From contig JALMLS010000287.1 in the NCBI GenBank assembly GCA_038496445.1, positions 152,347 through 216,346 on the forward strand: a stretch of 64,000 bases of DNA, written 5' to 3'. The stretch comes from Trichosphaerium sp. ATCC 40318 (Eukaryota; Protista; Tubulinea). Each line of letters opens with the position of its first letter. Position 1 is the first letter of the stretch. Both the position numbers and the translations under genes were made by a program. The notes under the pieces are model-generated. The model had not been told where the DNA came from. It worked only from the letters and a program-made list of their open reading frames with translations, and searched no databases. Of the stretch, positions 54,626 through 64,000 are shown one piece after another.

Positions 54626-55999
54626 ATGGACGAGTTTGCCACATACGAGAGAGAATTGGATTTACAGTTCCGCAAAATACGCGAACTCCTCGTTGATTTG
54701 CGCACGAGCAGTTCGTGGATACCGTTTTATAACGTTAATTAACAGTATGTAGTCAATATGCGCGAAGTGGAGTCTAAAGTCAATAAGCTCTTTGATGACG
54801 CAAGGGAAACCGTACGTTTTCTACTCAACCGCACTGAAACGAGTCTGTTCGCTTTATCAATGTTATTTTTTTTTTTGAAGAGCTTCTTGTTTGTTTTATT
54901 TGAAAAATATTGCCTAAACTCTTCTAGTTAGGTTTCATGAGTGACATAGCACGTAAAAAAGGTGGAAATTACGATGCTCGTTTTAGAAACGCGCAAGCAG
55001 AGCGTAATAGATTGGAACAACAATATAAGTGCGCCCACCAATCAATAACGGCGTTGAAAGCTAAATCAGAAAAATTATTTTGAGACTTCTATCTACCTTT
55101 CAACCACTACACTCGCTAACGTATATGCCAGGGCTGCTTCTCAAACCGGTACACGAAAGGAACTCTTTGGTGGAGGAGATGTTGAGGCGTGGGGCGCCCA
55201 AATTGACGTGCGCACTTCAAAATGATTGTAGCGTTGTTTGCTTAGACTTAGACAATGTAGAAAAGTGAATATGATCAGCGTAATAGGCTTCTTGATGGTG
55301 GGTCACCTATTTGTTTTATCTTATTGTAACTAACTTGGATTGTGACAGGTCATGACAAACTACAACGCCAAGAACAGCGATTGCGCGAGGCTAGGAGCTT
55401 AGCCGATAATGCCGAGAATATGGGTATTTTTTTTTGCGACACTGTTTTTTTGTAAATGTCAGTGTAAAAAAGTAACTGATTTTAGGTGCCGATACGCTGC
55501 AATCCATGAAAGGCCAACATGAACAATTACAAAACACAAAGAATAGACTTGATGATGTAAATTCTGACGTCAAGCGTGCTAGAAAAGTACGTTGTTGTTG
55601 CTACCAGATAAAACATCTCAACTCAAAAGCAAAATTAGATTTTGGCTTCAATGGGTCGTCGCATAGTTACAAACAAACTCATCCTGATTTTTATCATCAT
55701 TGTGTTGCTTGGCGCTACTGGCTTTGTGATATACTGGAGATGGGTTCAGTACGTTGCCTGTGCACTCTGTGCCGTATTTAATGGGTTTTATTAGCATTGC
55801 AAAAAGCTCGTCTCCTTCACCTGCACCAACCGCGCCAATCGCACCGACAGTTGCGCCTACAGTTGCGCCAACGATCGCCCCAACTGCTCCTCCAACGTAG
55901 GTGAGATATTTTTTGGATTGGGAACCTGAAGTTAACTATTAATTTAGAGTACCAATGGGTCCTTCGCCAACTCCTCCACCTAGAACTTCTTCTTTTTAA
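54626..55999 (+). CDS. VTI1: Qb-SNARE VTI1-like with luminal Pro/Thr-rich tail, multi-exon
   Basis: DEFATYERE; DQRNRLL; SNARE motif ..QHEQL..ARKILASMGRRIVTNKLIL + TM. Confidence 0.85.
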
Positions 56000-56154
56000 A
56001 AAGCCAGTTTACACCTAGAAATAACGCAACATGTACCCTTGTAACATATATACTCATTTTTGTTGCCGAATTGAAAATTTTGTTTTTATTGTGACACCTG
56101 TCAAAATTAGGTGTAATTTTCGTTCATGAAATTTGAAATGTACAAGGTAACACC

Positions 56155-58041
56155 TCAATGGCTGTCTGTTAGGAAGTCAATTGCCTTTTGAATTGAGCCT
56201 TGATTATCTTTGAGTATCCTTTTCAACGTTGCGATGTCCCAATTCGAAAACATCTCCGCTAATTGGTCAAGCTTTTGTTGCTCAGGATCCATGCCGAGTG
56301 CATAAACTGATTTGGGTGGCTTCTTTTGCCGACTGCTTTGGCGAGTTGTAATTGGTAAATTATTACTTCCGCTAAGTTCAGAAGCAAGCTCATCTAGCCA
56401 CGATAGTATGGGCTGAGCGTTGGCGTCTGCATTTTCATCGAACGTTGGCCTATCAGAGGGATCTGTTTCCCAGCAATCCTCAATGAGTTGAGCAGCGGAT
56501 ATTGAAATGTTTTGCGGGATTCTTGGCCTTTTTCCTTGCTGGATAGCTCTAGCGATCTCATCGTCTGAAGTATTTTTCCAAGGCTCCAAGAGAGTGAATA
56601 ACTCGTAACACACTATGCCAAAGGAATATACGTCTGCTTTCTTCCAGTTGTCTCGTTCTTGGTCACGTGTCCATGTTGCATGTTGCGAGAGAAGGATTTC
56701 TGCGAATGGAAGTTATTTCTAAACATTTTTTTAGCTAGTTTATGTCGCGCACCTGGAGCCATCCAGAGTGTTGTACCGACCTTTTCTACCGTTACCAGTA
56801 ATGATTTTTTTCCAACAGTAACGCGTTGTGACCCTCCGGCCTTACGTCGTGTTGAACTTAAATTAGACGTGGTAGTTTGTGATGAATCACCAAATATTTT
56901 TGATAGTCCAAAGTCGGTAAGCTTAATTTTGTTTCTACCCCAGAGCAACACATTCGGACTTTTCAAATCTCTGAGAGGGCCAAAGTGAGAGACGATTGTA
57001 GGTGCACTTGACATACCTGTGTGCAATACCCTTTTGGTGCAGGTACCTCATTGCTCTTGCTATTTGGCGCGCAATATCGATAGCATCCGCAGTTGTAAAA
57101 ACTATCCAATGTGCTGCTGAATGAATTCCAGCGAATAGGTTTATGCCGTCAACAAGTTCCATAACAATGCATATGCGTGGCGAGAAGCAGTGCCCAACAT
57201 AGGACACAATGTTCTCATGATCCAGCTTTCTGTTCGGCGCTAACTTAGACTCTATTGTAAAACAATATGTACCTCAACACCTGAAGCTCGTTTGCCGCCA
57301 TGTCATAAACTATCTTTTGTCCAGCATCATCCACCATAGGTGCCTTGAGTACTTTTATGGCGACGCATCTATCAAAAACACATCCTTCGTAAACTGTAGC
57401 TGAAGCACCATGACCAATGACATTTGATTGCACTAAGGCGTGCTGTTTTGCACCATTAGGTGAGTTACAGAGTAGTGCTTAAAGCTAACCTTTATAGTGT
57501 CATAGCTGATAGCTCCATCAACAAACACTTCTTGAAGATCCTTAACATGTTGATGAACTGGCTAGACGTGAGCTTCATCGTTGACTAAAGAAAATAATAT
57601 CCCTGTACCTTCAGCGGCTTGTTCCTCCAGCGCATCGAGTTCCTTCTCTAGTTCCTGCTGCATTTGTTCCCGTTTTTTCCCAAGTTGTCGCGCCAAATCG
57701 GCGGCCACCTGTTAGTTAACGGGTGTTATTGAATAATTGTTGTTGTTTTTTTTTTTTTTCTTTTTGACACGAACCGCTTCGTTCACTTCCTTCTTCTGCT
57801 GGGCAAGCCATTCTTCACGTTCTTTTTGGTTTTTAGCTTCGAGTTGTTGTATTTGCTTCTGAAACTCAGCTCGTTGAGCTGCTAATTTACTATGGATATT
57901 ATTTATAAGAACGGCTTGGGTCTGTCACAAAACGTACCGTTGAATTGCTCCATGATCAATTGATGGACCTCCCCTTCGGCGTCTTCTTCTAGCGGCGGCT
58001 ACACCACCTACTATGGCGACTGCTGCTACAACACCTCCCAT
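56155..58041 (-). CDS. TKL-family protein kinase with N-terminal coiled coil and C-terminal CUE domain, multi-exon
   Basis: IGHGASATVY; VAIK; HRDLKSPN; DFG; GTTLWMAP; CUE LDQLAEMFSNWD..NQGSIQKAIDFL. Confidence 0.9.
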
Positions 58042-58355
58042 TTACAGTTGCTTAGAAAGATTGTGGTAACAAATAAGTCAAAACTTCAGTTGAAGTTCAA
58101 TGAAAAAACAAAGGTTAGTTCAAGTGGAGGAACTGGCAAAGAAACAAAAACACTCCACTGATTTACTACATTAAATACTATCCCTACACGTGCGAATTTC
58201 TAGCCAGTTTCGCCGTTTTGAATTATCTTGGCTTTAGTTTTTTTCTTGCCTCGTTCTTTTTTTTTCTTTGTTGTTTTTAGTGGTTATTTAGGAAAGCACT
58301 ACGTCCGTAAAGCCGAGTACTGTAATTCGTGAGTATTTAGTTTGTAACAGAAAAA

Positions 58356-60297
58356 ATGAAACTTGGAAAGGTATGTTGCGATTATTTTCGATGTTACGCG
58401 CATATTTGTTAATATACTGGGTACAGCCTAGAAGAAAGAAGTCAGAAAAGAATATAAGAATAAAAGAAGCTAATTTGCATCCAGAGGTACGCTAGTGGTA
58501 CTTTTACGCGCTAAGTGCTATATTAGATAAAAGACAAACATGAACGCGCACCAAAAAGTGTAATATTTACAAGAAAGGCAGGAAACAACCTCGAACGCCT
58601 AGCGAAACAACTAAAAACCGTATTTTACCCTTATACAGCCATCAAATTCAAGGTACATAAATGTTTATTGATTAATTGGCGCTAAACTAACAACCGCTTG
58701 CGTAGTTTCGCGAAAAAAACTCAATCCGCGAGATTATGAAGTTTGGCAAACCTTACGGCATTACCCACTTGTTATATTTTACATGCACTGAGCAATCCCC
58801 ATTTTTGCGCATTATACGCACCCCAGGCGGTATGGCGTTGATTGGTTTATTTTTGTAATTTCTTTTTATTCAAAACATTTTTTTTTTTTTGGTGTAAATG
58901 GCTGTTTTTGTTTCTTACTACGTTATCAGGCCCAACCCTCACATTTAAGGTGGCTTCCTACTCTTACATTAATGATGTGGAGCGTGTTTCTATTGGCCAG
59001 CGTAGGCCCCCACCTTTAGATTCTCCAATCATGACAAATCCACCAGTCGTGCGTGTCAAATTTTGTTTCTTGTCATAATTTCGTTAGAATAAGTTTCGCG
59101 TTCCTGCTGCTCAATTTTATTTCTTAATTGTTTACTCATACCCGGTAGGTTCTTGTAAATAATTTCAGTGTAAAGCAGTCACAGGTTCAATTAATGAAAG
59201 TGACATTTCAACAATTATTTCCATCAATTAATGTTCACGAGGTACGCTGTCAATGCACATAAGCGCTTTGAAGACTAACTCGTTTAACCGCCAATCGTTT
59301 TTTACACGCTTTTGCTTTTGCTTGGGTTGGCGACTCATTCATTTTTTAGACAACGTACAAGGATATCACACGTGTTGTTTTATTCCACTACGATGAACAA
59401 AAAGGTAACGGCTATTTGTGTGCGCTTTTATACTCTGACCTTGGTATTTCCTTGTTGTAGAGCAGGTTGATATGCGCCATTATCAGGTGGAGTTGAATAC
59501 TCTTGGCTTGAACAAGAGCGTCAAAAAGGTTATAAAGCCCTTTGCTATTAAAACTATGCGTGAGTTTGAGGATGCTGCTCAATTTGTACTTGGGTGCGTT
59601 TATCTTTACATTTAAATGTTAAGATTTGTTGCTTGTAATAACACAGATATTATAGCGGTACAGGCGAGAGTAAGAGTGACAAAGAAGATGACCCTACATC
59701 CGTGTAGAACTTGATGCTCCTAAAATAAAAGAGCGACCAAAAAAGCAACTGCAAAAGTCAGTGCGACTACACGAAATTGGTGCGTTGGCGTTTGTTTACT
59801 TGTGTTGTCCTTGTACCCTTACTTTTTGTTAAGGACCTCGCATGAGCTTAAAGCTTGTTAAAGTAGAAGCAGATGTAAATGCTGGACAGACGCTATACCA
59901 TCGCTATGGTATGTTCTTTGTAAACCAGTTGTGCTTGGGTTTTAACAGGTTTATTAGTTAAAAAGTCACAAGAAGAAATTGACAAGCTGGAGGAGCAAGC
60001 CAAGCGCAAAGCAAAATTGCGTAAAAAGCGCAAGCGTGAACAGGAGCAAAATGTCAAGTGTAAGGAAGAAGCTAAAAACAAACACAAAAAGGATGCTGAT
60101 GCAGAGAAAAATATGGATGAGCAAATTTGGGGAAATGATGAGGCTAATGAGGCGTATTATAAGCAAATGGTTGGTGAAGCGCCTGGAACCCTTGGTATGT
60201 TATTACTTATACCATGTAAACAAATGACTTATTGTTTGTAGATGAAAGTGTTGGCCAGGACAAACCAAGAAAAAGGCAAAAGACCAGAAAAATGTAA
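58356..60297 (+). CDS. PPAN: Brix-domain ribosome biogenesis protein Ssf1/Peter Pan, multi-exon
   Basis: VFYPYTA; GITHLL..RTPGGPTLTFKV; FQQLFPSINV; VRLHEIGPRMSLKLVKVE; basic tail. Confidence 0.92.
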
Positions 60298-60566
60298 ACA
60301 AATGTACAAAATGTAATTATTGCACTTGTACTGGTGTACTTGTTAAAGTTTATTTTTTTATTCAATAGTTATTGGAATTCTGTGATTCTATCAAAGGGGT
60401 AGTTTTGTTTTTGGAAAATGTTTTATTGTTTTTGTCAAATAACAAGCAAGCTTGCACATAATTGCATGTTACAACATAAATAGCCAATCAATATATATTC
60501 TAATATTAAATAATCATTGAAAGATACAAAATGTAAAAAGAACTGCATAAAGTAAATGGATAAACA

Positions 60567-60615
60567 CCCTAGCCCTAATGTAAATTAGGGTTTGGCTATA
60601 GGGTTAGGGTTTAGG
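60567..60615. repeat. Interstitial telomere-like hexamers in both orientations
   Basis: CCCTAG CCCTAA ... TTAGGG ... TAGGG TTAGGG TTTAGG. Confidence 0.65.
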
Positions 60616-60931
60616 AGTATGTACCAACCGTATTTTTTTGTACACTACTCTACCCTGTTGTAAAATTTTTTCGATTTTTTTGGCTTTTTTTTATGTTTTT
60701 TGCACATACAATCTCCCTGTAGGGTTACAGCAAGATAGGGTTTTTTACAAACCCAAGACCTCATCAACAATCTTGCAAACTGTCAAATTCTCATTTTTTT
60801 CTTACTTTTTTAAAACAGGCGAAATTTCCGGTGCACATTTCGAAACACGAAATTTTCCTGTCTATTTCTCAACGCAATTATTGGGGGAAAAAAAGCCTCA
60901 TTTTACTTTTTTGACTTTTCATAAATCAAGG

Positions 60932-62564
60932 ATGAGCTCAGATGAAGACCTCTCTCTCATAAACATTGAGTTTTCTGATGAGGATGAGCCCTCCAAAGAA
61001 GCTGATGGTAAGCCCAGGCTCAGGAGAAAGAGAGTACTAGGTACTAACCTCTTTTTTACTCTTTGTTTTTTTTAAAAACCCCTTTATTAGTCTTATTTTA
61101 ATTTTTAAAGACTAATAAAGGGGGTTTTTTTGCTTTTAAATGGTTTTTTCAAAACCCCTAATTTTTCAAATAAATTTCGAAAAAAAATGACGGTTTTTGT
61201 ACACGGTTTTCATGTGTACGATTTTTCCGTTTACCATGCGGTTTTTTTGCATGGTAGAACCAAACCCAAACGAGGGTTTCGTAACACGCAGAACGCGTGT
61301 GCGTTGTTTTTTCGTTTGGTTTTGGTTCACACTGTTTTATTTTGCTTCAATTTTCAACAGCGAGCTCGTCGCGGTATTAGTACACGTATATTGCGTGTTC
61401 GCATGTCGCGCTAGTTGGCGGTTGGTTTTGGTACACAATTTAATTGTGTACTTTTTTTTTTAATATTTTTTTGTTGTTTTGCTTTTTTTTACAGACTGCG
61501 AGCTCGCCGTACGATTATAAACACGCTTTTTACGTGTTCGTACATGGCCTCGAGCTCGCGGTCGGTTTTCGTACACATAAAAAGTGTGTACTTTTTTAAA
61601 AACCGTTTTTTTTGAAAGTCTTGCTTTATAACTGACTGCAAGCTTGGTATACGGTATACAACACATGTTTATTGTGTTCGTACCTGACCTCGAGCTCGCG
61701 GTCGGTTTTTGTACACATAAAAAGTGTGTACTTTTTTAAAAACCGTTTTTTTTTTTTGAAAGTCTTGCTTTATAACTGACTGCAAGCTTGCCGTTGTGTA
61801 CGTAACACGTTTTTAATGTGTTCGTTTCCGACCGCGAGCTCGAGGTCATATTTTCCACACAGAAAAAACGTGTTTGTATATTTATTTAATGTGCCATCTT
61901 CTAATACTCTTTTTAGCTCCAACAAGCCCTGGTTGGATGATTGTGAGTACCCATGGAAACCACAACACTGAAACAAAAATTGTGGGTACTCTCATTGGAG
62001 AACACAGAGATGTTATCTTTGGTTTTGAGTAAGTTGGTTGTTTTTTTTTTTTTTTACCCATTTAATTTCGCGTTCGACGCAACACGCGCGGCGCATGTTC
62101 GTAAACGTAGCTGTCATTTTATTTTTTTTTTATTTTTTGTTTTTTTTTTTAATTTTTAATTCATTTCAACTAATTTATCTATGTAGAGGTGTTATCATAG
62201 CCAACCAGTTGGTTTATGCTAAAACCATGCCCATCAAGAGGATGAAGAGATGCCTAAATGGGTTTTTTGCTGCCAGCTTTGATAATGTGTTGGAGTCTCA
62301 AATAACTCCTAACAACAAGCTGAAGGCAGCATTCAAGGTACGTTTTCCGATACATACACGCGCGGGCCGTGTTCGTTTTATTTCGTTTTTTTTTTTTTTT
62401 TTTTTTTTGTTTTTTTTTTTTTTTTGATTTTTTTTTTTTTGATTTTTTTGATTTTTTTTCCTAAAGTATTCATAACACAGTTTTCATGTGTCGAACGTGT
62501 GACCGCGAGCTCGCGGTCGTGTACGAACACTTAAATATCCTGTTGTAAAATCGTTGGCTTTTTG

Positions 62565-62597
<33 letters not shown>

Positions 62598-63964
62598 TTT
62601 GTTTCTTTAGGAGAGATTTCCATTTGTTGAAGGAGTAGACCAACTGCAGAAGTTTATCAAAGACGTCAGAAAAATCTACTCCTCGGACGAAGAAAAGTGG
62701 TGGAAGCCGATGCACTTCGAAGGCAACTACACCAGAGATTACAAGGAGCACGAACCCATGCCGAGAGAACACGGAGATGAGGAATCGGAGGTAGAGGAGA
62801 AAGAAAAAAATAGATGGATTATAAGCTGCAAGTGGAGACAGTTGTATTGGCAGGTGCTACTCTGGACTGGCATATTCTACACAGCCATGGGACTTCATGT
62901 CACAGATTCTTGGTACTACATTGCCCTTCTTTTGGTCCATTTTAGAGATTCCTTGAGCTTTGGCAATGATTCAGATTTCCATCTCTTTGTGGAGTAAGTA
63001 ACAATTTTCGCGATATTTTTAACACGCGTTCTACATGTTCGAAAACGAACGTCGTCGTTTTTTTTTTTTTGTTTTTTTTTTTTTTTTTTTTTTTTATTTT
63101 TATTTTTTTTTTTTTTAACTTTTATGTAGCTACATGAAGACAGACACCAATAAATTGAATGGCTGCATCATAAAGCCATCAATACAAAAGGGCCTGTTAA
63201 GAGGGATTGCTGCCAACTCCATCAACAAGAAGTATCTGAGAGTGAAAAGCCCTCATTTTACAAAGGCCCCTTGGACATGTCACACATAGCTTGTTTTTGA
63301 ATGTCAGAGGAGTCAACCCCAGGAACATTATACAAAAGATGCCTATTTATGAAACCTTCACCAAAAGGTTTGTGCTTTGTCCTATGCCTATTGTTTGGTG
63401 TGATGAGTACAATGCAGACCCTATTGTTGGCTTTGGAGTTGGAGATGGAGCACACTGTCTTTTGACAGAGTTGGCGTACGTTCGCGAATATTTTCGAACA
63501 CGTTTTTTACGTGTCGGTCGACCGACCGCGAGCTCGCGGTCACGTTCGAACACGAGATTTTCCTGTTGTAAAAAATAACTCGAACGACGAACCTTTTTTT
63601 TGTTTTTTGTTTTTCTGGTTTTTTGCTTTTCCTTACCTTATTGTTCAATTGTTTCTTACTTGTTTGCCTCAGACAAAATGCAGCTACAACCTGCAAATTT
63701 GCAATCAAAAATGTGGAGTGGATAAATCCTTTCGCCAAGATGCAAGCGATAGCGATCTACTGCACCAAGATCAACTTTCTGCAAAGTCTGACCACTCCAG
63801 ACTCCAAGGTGGATCGCTACCGCCACCTGTTCAAAATGTGGTGCGACGACGCGGGCCAGGTCTTCGATTACCAAGCGGAGGCGGGAGATATAGGTAAGGT
63901 GAATTTTGCGATATGGGGAGCCAGCAGAGTCAAACCTCAGCTCAGTCCTGCTCAATGGAAAGAG
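60932..63964 (+). CDS. Orphan multi-exon protein, 3' partial; exons 60932-61040, 61917-62028, 62187-62337, 62611-62993, 63130-63475, 63673-63964
   Basis: All five introns are GT-AG and phase-compatible; one +1 frameshift in the A-run near 63245; no family recognised. Confidence 0.7.
61074..61129. repeat. Inverted repeat (16-bp perfect core, ~21-bp arms, 13-nt loop)
   Basis: AAAAACCCCTTTATTAGTCTT ... AAGACTAATAAAGGGGGTTTTT. Confidence 0.85.
61357..61875. repeat. About four tandem ~140-bp units built of palindromes and ACAC-N9-GTGT dyads
   Basis: Unit starts near 61357, 61495, 61634 and 61778; 61548-61645 is nearly identical to 61688-61790. Confidence 0.85.
62474..62544. repeat. 71-bp tripartite module: dyad - GACCGCGAGCTCGCGGTC - dyad
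   Basis: Perfect 18-bp palindrome at 62501-62518; dyads start at 62474 and 62526. Confidence 0.9.
63497..63567. repeat. 71-bp tripartite module: dyad - GACCGCGAGCTCGCGGTC - dyad
   Basis: Perfect 18-bp palindrome at 63524-63541; dyads start at 63497 and 63549. Confidence 0.9.
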
Positions 63965-64000
63965 GTGAGGGTTGTTTTTTTTTTTTATTTTATCTTTTTT

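Larger units (their letters stand above)
60567..64000. mobile_element. Putative left end of a large integrated element (unclassified); runs off the window
   Basis: Abrupt switch to CpG-free exons, long poly-T introns and element-specific palindromes; no hallmark transposase or capsid gene visible. Confidence 0.5.

Noticed and set aside
2264-56988. Many short antisense ORFs (e.g. 2264-2599, 44055-44513, 56659-56988)
   Set aside because: Shadows of well-supported genes on the opposite strand
61130-62427. Phe-rich ORFs that look like membrane proteins
   Set aside because: They are translations of poly-T intron sequence
61357-63567. CRISPR array interpretation of the palindromic repeats
   Set aside because: No unique constant-length spacers, no cas genes, repeats lie inside spliceosomal introns
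61041-63672. Classical introner elements
   Set aside because: Introns differ in length and share only internal motifs, not end-to-end similarity or terminal repeats at splice sites; not fully excluded
63511-63955. ORFs 63511-63897(+) and 63656-63955(-)
   Set aside because: Alternative frames over exon 6 and intron 5 of the spliced gene
1-64000. tRNA, rRNA or snoRNA genes
   Set aside because: No convincing cloverleaf, rRNA or box C/D structure found by eye; a covariance-model scan is needed to exclude them

Overview
AT-rich, gene-dense eukaryotic DNA with many short (~40-100 nt) spliceosomal introns, most likely an amoeboid or other phagotrophic protist (inferred from RasGEF, RhoGEF, TKL kinase and vault-like content). 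Positions 1-60300 hold about 25 genes: PP4R3, PH-RasGEF, SMYD, E1 enzyme, RRP6, CHCH protein, RhoGEF, aldo-keto reductase, GGT, PLD3, M14 carboxypeptidase, VTI1, TKL-CUE kinase and PPAN/SSF1, interleaved with accessory genes (five F-box-like proteins carrying MORN, LRR or Rab-like modules, two repeat-protein relics, and a bacterial-type M23 peptidase-ricin fusion). Two things stand out. (1) From ~60560, just after a cluster of telomere-like hexamers, the sequence changes character. An orphan gene has long T-rich introns and largely CpG-free exons. Its introns carry a phased DNA motif system: about 19 ACAC-N9-(G/A/C)TGT dyads, often paired 52 bp apart around the palindrome GACCGCGAGCTCGCGGTC. 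This looks like the left end of an undescribed integrated element with cis-acting sites placed in introns. (2) A major-vault-protein N-terminal fragment can splice in frame onto an F-box-like/MORN-repeat exon. Also seen: a 93-bp retro-type insertion with a 15-bp target-site duplication, and recurrent GC-AG introns. All exon models were derived by hand and no database searches were run.
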